Shown in pieces: positions 39,416 through 52,930 of a stretch of 64,000 nucleotides of DNA. The translations under genes were made by a program, and so were the position numbers. Numbering within the stretch: the stretch's first letter is position 1; every line of letters starts with the position of its first letter. Source of the DNA: Alphaproteobacteria bacterium. Its GTDB lineage: Bacteria; Pseudomonadota; Alphaproteobacteria; GCA-2731375. Below the pieces are notes generated by a model, which saw only the letters and a list, made by a program, of their open reading frames with translations, did no database searches and was not told where the DNA came from. The DNA lies in assembly GCA_965232515.1 (NCBI GenBank), contig CBDDPY010000002.1, positions 4,512,001 through 4,576,000 of the forward strand, read 5' to 3'.

Positions 39416-41757
39416 GCGACGGCGCCGACATATCGAACGAGCTGGCCGATCTCGAGCGTGAGCGCGAGGAGCTGCGCCAGGCGGCGCAGCAGGCATTGGC
39501 GGCCGAGCGCTGGTCGAACTGGCGGCCCTGGGTCGACGTGCTGCTGCTGGTCGTGTTCATCGGCCTGATGACGGTGCTGTTCGCGCCGCCCGGTCAGCGG
39601 GTGCATCCGGTGCCGCCGGTCGACAAGGTATCGGCCACCGAGATCCGGGCCGAGCGCGATGTGCTGGTCGCGGATCGCCGGGCGACCGCGCTGCGCCGGG
39701 ACGAGGCGGCGGCGGCGGTGTTGCCGATCTTCGACTTCGATTCCGAGCTCTACTTCAATCTGGGCGACCGCGTCGCCGGCGCGGTCGCCGGCCTGAAGCA
39801 GCGTCAAGGCGACAGCGGACTGACCTTCGATCAACGCCGCGCGGCGTTTGAGGAAGAGCTGGGCCTCTCGGTCGATAACAGCATCTTCAGCCTGATCGAA
39901 AAGCTGTCGGAACCGACCGATCTGGCCATCGCCATCAACTTTTTCCTCAATATCGCGCTTGACCGGATGGTGGTCGAAGACCGCGCGGCGCTGCCCCGCC
40001 GGGGCGGCATCGAGGTCCGCGATCTGGCGCTTGGCGGCCAGACACGCCTCTATCAGCTCGGCGCGATCCTGGATCTGCGCCAGGTGCGCCGGTTGATGTC
40101 GGCGCGGGCGGGCGATGCGCCCTATGGCTCGGCCCGCGTTGTCCGCAGCTGGATCCTCGAGAGCGCGATTCGGCTCGCCCGCGACAATCTGCGCGCCAAC
40201 GAGGCCGAGACCCAGGCGCAGCGGGATGCCGCGGTCGACGGGATCGAGCCCGTGTTCGTCCGCATCGAAGCCGGCGAGGTTCTGGTCCGTCGCGGCGACC
40301 GGGTAACGCCGCGCATTCAGGAACGCATCCGGATGTTGAACGAAAGCGCCGGCGGTCGGGCGCAGTGGGCGGAGACGGTCGCCGTCGCCGTTCTGTTGAC
40401 GGGCGTTGTGTTGCTGGCCGGAGTGTTCTTCCAACGGGGCCGCGTGCCGCAGCGGCTGAGCCGCAAGTCGATCTATCTCACCTTCTGTATCGTGCTGGTC
40501 TCGGCGGCGATCGCGGTGGCCATGTTCTATGCGGGCCGGGGATTGGCCGAAGGCCTGGGATTCGGACGCGACACGGCCGCTTATTTCGTGCCTTTGGCGC
40601 TCGCGACGGCCTTGGTCTCGGTGCTGATCGACGCGCGCACCAGCCTGCTGGTCGGCATCGGCCTGACCTTGCTGGTGGCCTATCGGGTCGACGGCGATCT
40701 CTGGCTGATTACCTACTATATCGTCGGCGTGCTGGTCGCCGGCATCGCCACCCGCGGCTGCCGTCGCCGGTCCGATTTGTTGCGGCCGGGTCTGGCGGTC
40801 GCGGCGGCCCAGGCGGCGGTGGTGCCGGTCACCATCGTGCTCGGCGGCGAGATGTTCGGGCCCGAACACATTCCCTATCTGGTGGCCGCCGGCGTGTCCG
40901 GCGCGCTGGTGGCGATCTGTGTGTTGGGCCTGTTGCCGCTGCTGGAATTCCTGTTCGACGAAAGCACCGATCTGCGCCTGCTGGAACTGGCCTCGGCCGA
41001 CAGCCCCCTGTTGAAGAGCCTGGCGTTGCATGCGCCGGGCAGCTACTACGCCTCCGTCATCGTCGGCAATCTTTGCGAGGCGGCGGCCGACGCGACCGGT
41101 GGCAACGGCCTGCGCGCGCGGGTCATGGCCCTCTATCACGACATCGGCAAGATGTCGCGCTCCAGCTACTTCGCCGAGAACCAGCGTGACGGCAATGTGC
41201 ACGACCGGCTGTCACCGGAGATCTCCACCCGCATCGTCTTCAGCCACGTGAAGGCCGGTATCGAGGTGGCGGCGAAGGCGCGTCTCGGCCAGGCGGTGAC
41301 CGAAGCCATCACCCAGCACCACGGCACCACGCTGTTGCGGCCATTCTACGCCAAGGCGCTGGAACGGGCGCAGCGCACCGGTGAGACGGTGCATGAGGAG
41401 ACGTTCCGCTATCCGGGACCGAAGCCGAAGTCGCGCGAGGCCGGCATCCTGCTGCTCGCCGATTCCGTCGAAGCCGCGACGCGGGCCTTGAAGGACACCG
41501 CGCCGGCCAGCGTGCGCAAGCGCGTAAGCCAGGTTATCGAGGACAAGATCGCCGATGGGCAGCTCGATGAATGCGAGCTGACGATCCGCGATCTTTCCGC
41601 CGTTGAGGCGGCATTCGTCCGGGTGCTGACGTTGGGCGTCTTCCACACCCGGATCGAATACCCGACGTTGCCGCGCTTCGAAAACGCAAAGGACAAGGAG
41701 ACCAGTGCAGGTCGACATCTCGATAACCTGCGCCGATTGGCTGACCGATCTTCCTGA
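39412..41757 (+). CDS. 7TM-HD (7TMR-HDED + 7TM + HDIG) phosphohydrolase, PgpH/YqfF-like
   Basis: N-terminal TM, large extracytoplasmic region, ~7 TM helices, then YHDIGK, YFAENQ, SHV, QHHGT, FRYPGPKP..REAGILLLADSVEAA. Confidence 0.9.
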   Translation: MSDGADISNELADLEREREELRQAAQQALAAERWSNWRPWVDVLLLVVFIGLMTVLFAPPGQRVHPVPPVDKVSATEIRAERDVLVADRRATALRRDEAAAAVLPIFDFDSELYFNLGDRVAGAVAGLKQRQGDSGLTFDQRRAAFEEELGLSVDNSIFSLIEKLSEPTDLAIAINFFLNIALDRMVVEDRAALPRRGGIEVRDLALGGQTRLYQLGAILDLRQVRRLMSARAGDAPYGSARVVRSWILESAIRLARDNLRANEAETQAQRDAAVDGIEPVFVRIEAGEVLVRRGDRVTPRIQERIRMLNESAGGRAQWAETVAVAVLLTGVVLLAGVFFQRGRVPQRLSRKSIYLTFCIVLVSAAIAVAMFYAGRGLAEGLGFGRDTAAYFVPLALATALVSVLIDARTSLLVGIGLTLLVAYRVDGDLWLITYYIVGVLVAGIATRGCRRRSDLLRPGLAVAAAQAAVVPVTIVLGGEMFGPEHIPYLVAAGVSGALVAICVLGLLPLLEFLFDESTDLRLLELASADSPLLKSLALHAPGSYYASVIVGNLCEAAADATGGNGLRARVMALYHDIGKMSRSSYFAENQRDGNVHDRLSPEISTRIVFSHVKAGIEVAAKARLGQAVTEAITQHHGTTLLRPFYAKALERAQRTGETVHEETFRYPGPKPKSREAGILLLADSVEAATRALKDTAPASVRKRVSQVIEDKIADGQLDECELTIRDLSAVEAAFVRVLTLGVFHTRIEYPTLPRFENAKDKETSAGRHLDNLRRLADRSS

Positions 41758-42232
41758 CGCCGAGGCCATCGCCGCGCGGGTCGCCGAATGCGTCGGCGCC
41801 GGCGCCAAAGCGCTGCCGGCTTCCGTCGAGGTGAGCCTGCTGCTTTGCGACGATGACACCGGGCGGCGGTTGAACCGGCAGTGGCGGAACCGCGATGCCG
41901 CGACGAACGTGCTGTCCTTCCCGGCCGTCGATGCCGACGAGCTGACCTCCGCTGCTGTCGGGACCGCGACCGGCGGCCCGCCGTTGCTGTTGGGCGACGT
42001 GGTGCTGGCGCACGGTGTTGTCCGGCGCGAAGCCGCGGCGCAGTGCAAGCCGCTGGCCGACCATTTCAGTCACCTCCTGGTGCATGGTCTGCTGCATCTT
42101 CTGGGTTTCGATCACGAGACCGATGACGATGCGGCTGTGATGGAGCCCCTCGAAGTCGATATCCTTGCGGGTCTCGGGATCGCCGATCCCTATGCCGATC
42201 CGATGACCGCGCCCGTGCAATCGACGGTTTGA
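41705..42232 (+). CDS. ybeY: rRNA maturation endoribonuclease YbeY
   Basis: TNVLSFP, LLGDVV, HGLLHLLGFDH. Confidence 0.95.
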   Translation: MQVDISITCADWLTDLPDAEAIAARVAECVGAGAKALPASVEVSLLLCDDDTGRRLNRQWRNRDAATNVLSFPAVDADELTSAAVGTATGGPPLLLGDVVLAHGVVRREAAAQCKPLADHFSHLLVHGLLHLLGFDHETDDDAAVMEPLEVDILAGLGIADPYADPMTAPVQSTV

Positions 42233-42242
42233 GCGAAAGCCG

Positions 42243-43166
42243 ATGAACGACGACTCTTCCTCCAGTAGAAAGCCCCGCAACGGCGGGGCCGGATCCGAAC
42301 ACGAACCCTCGCTGGGCGAGGGATTGATGAATTGGCTGAAACGAAATCTCGCGCCAGGCAATGGCGATCACGATCTTCGCGGCAGCCTGGAAGAAGTGCT
42401 CGAGGGACACGAGGATGAGCGTGGCGACCTCGAACCCGAACAGCGCGAGATGCTGCTCAACATCCTCAGCTTCGGCGAGCTGCAGGTTGACGACATCATG
42501 GTGCCGCGCGCCGACATCGTCGCCATCGAGGCCAGCCTGCCGCTGACCGAAGTGGTGGCCGGTTTCCGAGCGGCGCGGCATTCACGTCTGCCGATTTTCC
42601 GCGAGACGCTCGACGACATCATCGGTTTCGTTCACATCAAGGATGTCATCGATCTTTGGGACGATGACGACAACGGCTCGATCGACCGCGTCATGCGGCA
42701 GGTATTGATCGTGCCGCCGTCGATGCCCGTGCTCGATCTGCTGGCCCGCATGCGCAGCACGCGCATCCATCTGGCGATCGTTGTCGATGAATATGGCGGC
42801 ACCGACGGCTTGGTGACCATCGAGGACGTCGTTGAGGAGATCGTCGGCGAGATCGAAGACGAGCACGACGAGGTCGAGGAGCCGATGATCGTCGAGCGCG
42901 AGGACGGTAGCTTCGAGGCCGACGCGCGGACCGAAATCGCCGAGTTCGAAGCACAGTTCGAGGTCGATCTGCTACCCGACGATCTCGATGACGAAATCGA
43001 CACCCTAGGCGGGCTCCTGTTCTCGATGATGGGACGCGTGCCGCGTCGTGGCGACAAGGTCCGGCACGACTGCGGCTTGGAATTCGAGGTCACCGAGGCC
43101 GATCCACGCCGCATCTCGCGGCTGCGCGTTCGTCGCGTGCCGGTCACTGCGAACGCACAGGGCTAG
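42243..43166 (+). CDS. corC: CBS-pair CorC/HlyC Mg/Co transport-associated protein
   Basis: IMVPRADI, HSRLP, VDEYGGTDGLVTIED, EIEDEHD. Confidence 0.92.
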   Translation: MNDDSSSSRKPRNGGAGSEHEPSLGEGLMNWLKRNLAPGNGDHDLRGSLEEVLEGHEDERGDLEPEQREMLLNILSFGELQVDDIMVPRADIVAIEASLPLTEVVAGFRAARHSRLPIFRETLDDIIGFVHIKDVIDLWDDDDNGSIDRVMRQVLIVPPSMPVLDLLARMRSTRIHLAIVVDEYGGTDGLVTIEDVVEEIVGEIEDEHDEVEEPMIVEREDGSFEADARTEIAEFEAQFEVDLLPDDLDDEIDTLGGLLFSMMGRVPRRGDKVRHDCGLEFEVTEADPRRISRLRVRRVPVTANAQG

Positions 43167-43176
43167 CGCGGCCGGC

Positions 43177-44760
43177 ATGACCGGCCTTGCCCGCTACTGC
43201 ACCGAGCTGACGGGTTGGCGGCGCGCGCTGCTCGCCATTCTGCTCGGCGCCGGCACGTCGTTGGCCTTTGCACCGTTCTTTCTGCTGCCGCTTCTGGTCG
43301 TCGGGTTTGCCGGTCTGGTGTGGCTGCTCGATGGCGCGCGCCGGGCGAGCGCGGCGTTTCTGATCGGCTGGTGTTTCGGTTTTGGGCATTTCATCGTCGG
43401 CCTTTACTGGATCGGTCACGCGTTCCTGGTCGACGCCGACCGTTTTGCCTGGCTGCTGCCCTTCGCCATAAGCCTGTTGCCGACCGGGTTGGCGCTGTTC
43501 GTTGGCGTCGTGGCGCTTGTCGTCCATGCCGTGGGCGGCGGCCGGTGGCGGCGGATTGCGGCGCTTGCCTTGGCCTGGACGCTGGCCGAATGGTTTCGTG
43601 CGCACCTGTTCACGGGCTTCCCCTGGAACCTGGTCGGCTATGCCTGGGCGTTCTCCGACGCGATGTTGCAGCCGGCGGCGCTGCTCGGCGTCTATGGGCT
43701 CAGCCTGTTGACGGTCGCGGCGGCGGCGGCGCCGGCCGCTTTGGCGAACGGTTGGCGGTCGGGGCTGCCGGTCTGCCTCGGCTTGTTTGCCGTGCTGGCG
43801 GCTGCCGGCGGCTACGGTCTGCTCCGCTTGTCCGATCCGCCGCCCGACGATGTGGCCGACATTCGCTTGCGTGTGGTCCAGCCCAACGTGGCCCAGCGGG
43901 ACAAATGGCGGCCGGAGTTGCGTGACGGACATCTGGCCCGGCTGCTCGAGCTCAGCACGACTGCGGCGGTCGAACCGCCGACCCATGTCATTTGGCCCGA
44001 GACCGCGACGCCGTTTCTGCTCGCCGCCGACGCCCGGCGACGCCACGTGATCGGTCAAATGCTGATGCCGGATCGGGTATTGATCAGCGGCGCGCCGAGA
44101 CGCGATACCGGCGCCGGCGGCGGGCGTGACGTTTGGAACAGCCTGCACGTGGTGGGCCCTGGCGGGACGGTCTTGGCGACGTACGACAAGCACCATCTGG
44201 TGCCATTCGGCGAATATCTGCCGTTCCGGCCACTGCTGTCGGCGATCGGCCTGTCGAAGCTGACGGCCGGCAGCCGGGACTTTTCGTCCGGTCCGGGGCC
44301 CGCCGTCGTCGAGATTGCCGGCCTGCCCGCCTTTCAGCCGCTGATCTGCTACGAGGTGATCTTCCCGCACCAGATCGCGCCGGGGCGGCGGCCGGCCTGG
44401 TTGCTCAACGTCACCAACGACGCCTGGTTCGGCGACGGGAGCGGTCCGCACCAGCATTTCGTGATGGCGCGGGTTCGGGCGATCGAACAGGGTATGCCGC
44501 TGATAAGAGCGGCGAACACCGGCATTTCGGGGGTTATCGACGCCTACGGCCGATCGCTCGCCAGGCTCGATCTGGGCCGCAGCGGCGTCATCGACGCCGC
44601 ATTGCCGGGTGCGCTGCCGTCGCCGCCGCTCTATGCCCGTATCGGGGACCGGCTGCTGATGCCCGTGCTGACGGCGATACTGTTGTATCTATTCTGGCGG
44701 AGGTTCTGGCGACCCAAAAATGACACAACCAAAAGTAGTGCTAATGCCTTTCATTCTTGA
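43177..44760 (+). CDS. lnt: Apolipoprotein N-acyltransferase
   Basis: FTGFPWN, WPETA, YDKHHLVPFGEY, ICYE, TNDAWFG, RAANTG. Confidence 0.96.
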   Translation: MTGLARYCTELTGWRRALLAILLGAGTSLAFAPFFLLPLLVVGFAGLVWLLDGARRASAAFLIGWCFGFGHFIVGLYWIGHAFLVDADRFAWLLPFAISLLPTGLALFVGVVALVVHAVGGGRWRRIAALALAWTLAEWFRAHLFTGFPWNLVGYAWAFSDAMLQPAALLGVYGLSLLTVAAAAAPAALANGWRSGLPVCLGLFAVLAAAGGYGLLRLSDPPPDDVADIRLRVVQPNVAQRDKWRPELRDGHLARLLELSTTAAVEPPTHVIWPETATPFLLAADARRRHVIGQMLMPDRVLISGAPRRDTGAGGGRDVWNSLHVVGPGGTVLATYDKHHLVPFGEYLPFRPLLSAIGLSKLTAGSRDFSSGPGPAVVEIAGLPAFQPLICYEVIFPHQIAPGRRPAWLLNVTNDAWFGDGSGPHQHFVMARVRAIEQGMPLIRAANTGISGVIDAYGRSLARLDLGRSGVIDAALPGALPSPPLYARIGDRLLMPVLTAILLYLFWRRFWRPKNDTTKSSANAFHS

Positions 44761-44878
44761 CAGAATCGAATGGCAGCGACATACATTGCATCATTCAACG
44801 CGCTTCGGCGCTGATCTTAATTCCGGGCAGTGTCGTTCTCCAGCGTACAATCGAATTCAAGTCTGAGGTGCAAGAAGC

Positions 44879-45289
44879 GTGGCAGCCAATCCAAACCCCG
44901 TAGATATTCACGTCGGCAGCCGGGTACGGCTGCGCCGCACGTTGCTCGGCATGAGCCAAGAGAAGCTTGGCGCCGCCCTCAACCTGACCTTTCAGCAGGT
45001 TCAGAAATACGAGCGCGGCACCAATCGAATAGGCTCGAGCCGTCTTTATCAGCTGAGCCGAATTCTCGATGTTCCCGTCTCCTTCTTCTTCGACGATATG
45101 CCGGTCAGCGGCCATGGTGGGGCGCCGGGCCTGTCGGAGGACGGTCAGGAAACCTTCGATCACGAAAATCTATCGAAGCGGGAGACGCTCGAACTGGTGC
45201 GTGCCTACTATCGGATCAAGAATCCCGATGTTCGTAAGCGGTTGTTCGAGCTGATCAAGGCCGTGGGCGGCCAAGTCGAAGACGTCTAA
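44879..45289 (+). CDS. XRE-family HTH transcriptional regulator
   Basis: [36 protein letters not shown]; usual lnt-metK neighbour. Confidence 0.93.
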   Translation: MAANPNPVDIHVGSRVRLRRTLLGMSQEKLGAALNLTFQQVQKYERGTNRIGSSRLYQLSRILDVPVSFFFDDMPVSGHGGAPGLSEDGQETFDHENLSKRETLELVRAYYRIKNPDVRKRLFELIKAVGGQVEDV

Positions 45290-45462
45290 GCGCGACCGGC
45301 GTTCGGGGCCGGCGCAAACTCCTTGACCCTGCCTGTAAAGATTGCCAAAAGGGCGCGCCCAGATTTGCAGGTGATTCACCTTTCCGTGCAAGCCTGCACC
45401 GCGGCCCGCATGGGCCGACATCTGTAGGGCGGCTCGCCGCCCCGATTACAAGGAGCCGAGCC

Positions 45463-46641
<1,179 letters not shown>

Positions 46642-46666
46642 TCCGATCGGCGGCGCCGAAGCAAGC

Positions 46667-47383
46667 GTGGCCGCCGCGCAGCATCGCAATCGTCGTACCC
46701 TTTACGGCCGCCGCAGCGGACGCAAGCTGCGGCCTGGCCGCGCGGCGTTGTTCCAAAATCGCATCGAATCCATCGGCATCGATCCATCGCTGCTCGAAGC
46801 GGGACCGCTGCAGACGAGCGCGCTGTTTCCGGCGCCGGTCGACGATGTCTGGCTGGAGATCGGATTCGGCAATGGCGAACATCTGGCGGTCCAGGCGGCC
46901 GCCAACCCTCGGGTCGGGATCGTCGGCTGCGAACCCTATATTGCCGGCGTCGCGCGATTGCTTACGTCGCTTGACGAGCGCGGCATCGGCAATGTGCGCA
47001 TTCTTATGGACGACGCCCGCCTGCTCCTGCCGGCGCTGCCGGCTGCCAGCATCGGCCGCGCCTTCCTGCTGTTCCCGGATCCGTGGCCGAAGACCAGACA
47101 TCACAAGCGGCGTTTCGTCAGTGCGTCGAACGTTGCCGAGATGGCCCGGGTTCTCAAGGACGGCGCCGAATGGCGGTTGGCGACCGACGATATGTCCTAT
47201 TGCCGGTGGATGCTGAGGCACCTGCACGACAATCCCGATTTCGCCTGGCAGGCCCGCACCGCCGGCGATTGGCGGCATCGGCCCGACGACTGGCCGGAAA
47301 CCCGCTACGAGCGAAAGGCCCTGGCGCAGAGCCGCCGGTGCGTCTACCTCCGCTATCGTCGTCAACCCCGCGGTCAGGCTTGA
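46667..47383 (+). CDS. trmB: tRNA (guanine-N7)-methyltransferase
   Basis: LEIGFGNGEH, FPDPWPK..HHKRR, ATD, TRYE. Confidence 0.95.
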   Translation: MAAAQHRNRRTLYGRRSGRKLRPGRAALFQNRIESIGIDPSLLEAGPLQTSALFPAPVDDVWLEIGFGNGEHLAVQAAANPRVGIVGCEPYIAGVARLLTSLDERGIGNVRILMDDARLLLPALPAASIGRAFLLFPDPWPKTRHHKRRFVSASNVAEMARVLKDGAEWRLATDDMSYCRWMLRHLHDNPDFAWQARTAGDWRHRPDDWPETRYERKALAQSRRCVYLRYRRQPRGQA

Positions 47384-47389
47384 AAAAGC

Positions 47390-47417
47390 TTGCGAAGGAA
47401 CGTAATTCGAATATTAT
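47390..47417 (+). promoter_or_regulatory. Putative sigma70 promoter of the rimP-nusA-infB operon
   Basis: TTGCGA-N16-TATTAT. Confidence 0.5.
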
Positions 47418-47459
47418 CCACGTCAGGTTCCATAGCCCGGCTGAGCGGGTAAAAGATCG

Positions 47460-47486
47460 AAAGTGGGCTCGGGGCCCACTTTTTTA
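47460..47486 (+). terminator. Intrinsic terminator/attenuator hairpin upstream of rimP
   Basis: AAAGTGGGC-TCGGG-GCCCACTTT followed by a T run. Confidence 0.75.
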
Positions 47487-47524
47487 TTTGGAATTTCAAG
47501 ACTGAATTCAGGGTCGATGGGACC

Positions 47525-48040
47525 GTGGCGGCGACAACGCAGCAACTGGCGGAAGTGGAACGCCTGATTTCGCCGTCGATCGAGGCGATGGGATACCAAC
47601 TGGTGCAAGTACGGCAAATCGGCGGCAACCGGCAACCGACGCTGCAGATCATGGCGGAACCGGTCGAAGACCGAGAGATGACGGTCGACGATTGCGCGGA
47701 TCTGAGCCGCGCGGTGTCGGCCATTCTCGACGTCGAGGATCCGATGCCGGGGGCCTATCTGCTCGAGGTCAGCTCGCCGGGCATCGATCGGCCGCTGGTG
47801 CGCCTCGACGATTTCCAGCGGTTCGCCGGCTATGAGATACGGCTCGAGACGGAACGGCCCATCGCCGGCCGCAAACGGTATCGCGGCCGACTGCTCGGGG
47901 TGGACGACGACCGCGTGCGGATCGAGACGGACGACGACACGGCCGAGGCGGCCGAGATCCCGTTCGCCGAGATCGCCAGGGCGAAGCTCGTCCTGACCGA
48001 CGAGTTGATTGAAGCAACACTGAAGCGAAGAGGCGGATAG
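47525..48040 (+). CDS. rimP: Ribosome maturation factor RimP
   Basis: LQIMAE, DDCADLSR, YLLEVSSPGIDRPL. Confidence 0.96.
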   Translation: MAATTQQLAEVERLISPSIEAMGYQLVQVRQIGGNRQPTLQIMAEPVEDREMTVDDCADLSRAVSAILDVEDPMPGAYLLEVSSPGIDRPLVRLDDFQRFAGYEIRLETERPIAGRKRYRGRLLGVDDDRVRIETDDDTAEAAEIPFAEIARAKLVLTDELIEATLKRRGG

Positions 48041-49644
48041 TGGAAACGGAAACGGTAGTCGGCGCCAATAGGCTCGAATTGCTGCAGATCGCCGACGCGG
48101 TCGCGCGGGAAAAGGTAATCGAGCCCGACGTGGTCATCGAGGCTATGGAAGAGGCGATCCAGAAGGCGGCGCGGTCGAAATACGGCTTCGAGAACGACAT
48201 ACGCGCCGAAATCGACCGCAAGTCTGGCGATATCAAGCTGTACCGCCTGCTTGAGGTCGTTGAACTGGTCGACAACGACGCAACGCAGATTCCGCTGCCG
48301 TCGGCCCAGCGCCGCAACCCCGACGCCCGGGTTGGCGATCTGCTGTCGGAAGCCTTGCCGCCGATCGATTTCGGCCGCATCGCGGCGCAGACGGCGAAGC
48401 AGGTCATCGTGCAAAAGGTGCGCGAGGCCGAGCGTCTGCGGCAGTACGAGGAGTACAAGGACCGCATCGGCGAGATCGTCAACGGCATCGTCAAGCGGGT
48501 CGAGTACGGCAACATCATGGTCGACCTCGGCCGCGCGGAGGCGATCGTACGGCGCGACGAAATGCTGCCGCGCGAGAGCTTCCGGCAGGGCGATCGTATT
48601 CGCGCCTATATCTACGACGTGCGTCAAGAGCAGCGCGGGCCGCAGATTTTCCTGTCCCGCACGCATCCGCAGTTCATGGCCAAGCTGTTCGGCCAGGAAG
48701 TGCCGGAGATCTACGACGGCATCATCGAGATCAAGGCCGTGGCGCGCGATCCGGGCAGCCGCGCCAAGATCGCGGTGCTCTCCAACGACTCGTCGATCGA
48801 TCCGGTGGGCGCTTGCGTCGGTATGCGCGGCAGCCGCGTGCAGGCCGTGGTGAACGAACTGCAGGGCGAAAAGATCGACATCATTCAGTGGTCGCCCGAC
48901 GAGGCGACATTCCTGGTGAACGGCTTGGCGCCCGCGGAAGTCTCCAAGGTGGTGATGGACGAGGAGGCGCGGAAGTTCGAGGTCGTGGTGCCGGACGAAC
49001 AGCTCAGCTTGGCCATTGGCCGGCGCGGTCAGAACGTCCGCCTGGCCTCGCAACTGACCGGCTGGGACATCGACATCCTGACCGAGACCGAGGAGTCCGA
49101 GCGGCGTCAGGAAGAGCTGCGCCAGCGCAGCCAGATGTTCATGGATACGCTCAATATCGACGAGATGATGTCGCAACTGCTGGCCACCGAAGGATTTACC
49201 AGCGTCGAGGACGTGGCCTTCGTGCCGATCGAGGAGATCATGGCGCTGGAAGGCTTCGATGAGGAGCTGTCGGATGCATTGCAGGCGCGCGCGCGGGAAT
49301 ATCTGGCCGAGCGGGACGCCGCCTATGAGGTGCAGCGGCAGGAGCTTGGCGTCGATGACGCCATCGCCGCCATCGAAGGCTTGTCGCCGGCGATGCTGGT
49401 GATGTTGGGCGAGAATGGCGTGAAAACGCTCGACGACCTCGCCGATCTCGCCAGCGATGAACTGACCGATCGCGAGAGTGGCATCCTCAGATCCTTCGAT
49501 CTGAACGAGGATGAAGCGAACGCGATCATCATGGCGGCGCGCGCGCACTGGTTCGATGATGACGAGGCGCCGGCCGAGGCCGACGCCGCTGTGGTAACGG
49601 AAGCCGATGTCGGAAACGTCGCCGAAACGGAGGAGCAAGCCTAG
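48040..49644 (+). CDS. nusA: Transcription termination/antitermination factor NusA
   Basis: FGRIAAQTAKQV, ARDPGSRAK, AIGRRGQNVRLASQLTGW; C-terminal acidic repeats. Confidence 0.98.
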   Translation: METETVVGANRLELLQIADAVAREKVIEPDVVIEAMEEAIQKAARSKYGFENDIRAEIDRKSGDIKLYRLLEVVELVDNDATQIPLPSAQRRNPDARVGDLLSEALPPIDFGRIAAQTAKQVIVQKVREAERLRQYEEYKDRIGEIVNGIVKRVEYGNIMVDLGRAEAIVRRDEMLPRESFRQGDRIRAYIYDVRQEQRGPQIFLSRTHPQFMAKLFGQEVPEIYDGIIEIKAVARDPGSRAKIAVLSNDSSIDPVGACVGMRGSRVQAVVNELQGEKIDIIQWSPDEATFLVNGLAPAEVSKVVMDEEARKFEVVVPDEQLSLAIGRRGQNVRLASQLTGWDIDILTETEESERRQEELRQRSQMFMDTLNIDEMMSQLLATEGFTSVEDVAFVPIEEIMALEGFDEELSDALQARAREYLAERDAAYEVQRQELGVDDAIAAIEGLSPAMLVMLGENGVKTLDDLADLASDELTDRESGILRSFDLNEDEANAIIMAARAHWFDDDEAPAEADAAVVTEADVGNVAETEEQA

Positions 49645-50274
49645 GCCGGGGGCGCCGCAGAACCCGGTCCGCCGCTGCCTGGCGACGGGCGAGGTCGCTG
49701 ACAAGTCCGAGTTGGTGCGTTTTGTCGTCGGTCCGGACGAGGCGGTCGTGCCGGACGTCGATGGCAAGCTGCCGGGACGCGGCATGTGGGTCTCGGCGTC
49801 GCGCGAAGCCATCGATCGGGCCGTTGCCAAACGGCTGTTCTCGCGTGCGGCGAAACGGGCCGTCGTCGCGCCGGCCGATCTCGCGGATACCGTCGAGGCA
49901 CTGCTCGCGCGCCGCTGCCTGAGCTTTCTGGGGCTGGCGGTCCGTGCCGGCGAAGCGGCAACGGGCTTCGAGAAGGTGCGCGAACTGCTGCGAAAGCGGC
50001 ATGCCGTGGTTCTGTTGGCGGCGTCCGATGCCGCGGACGACGGTCGTGACAAACTGGCACGCCTGGCGGATGGCTTGCCGGTCATTGGGTTGTTTACCAG
50101 GGCCGAATTGAGCTTAGCCATCGGCCGCGAAAATGTGGTACATGCTGCGCTGCGCCGTGGCGGATTGGCGGACCGGTTCGTCGTCGAAGCAGCGCGCTTA
50201 TGCGGATTTCGGGGTTCTGGTACGCCGACATCAGCTCGTGGCGCAGGCAGCAGGACGGAGCGGGAAGACGTAAC

Positions 50275-50278
<4 letters not shown>
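49607..50278 (+). CDS. ylxR: YlxR/DUF448 RNA-binding protein fused to an L7Ae-like domain
   Basis: [30 protein letters not shown]; located between nusA and infB. Confidence 0.88.
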
Positions 50279-52881
<2,603 letters not shown>

Positions 52882-52930
52882 GCGCGCGCCTGACCCGTCC
52901 CGTACGTAGTTCTTTTCCGAAGGTGATGGC

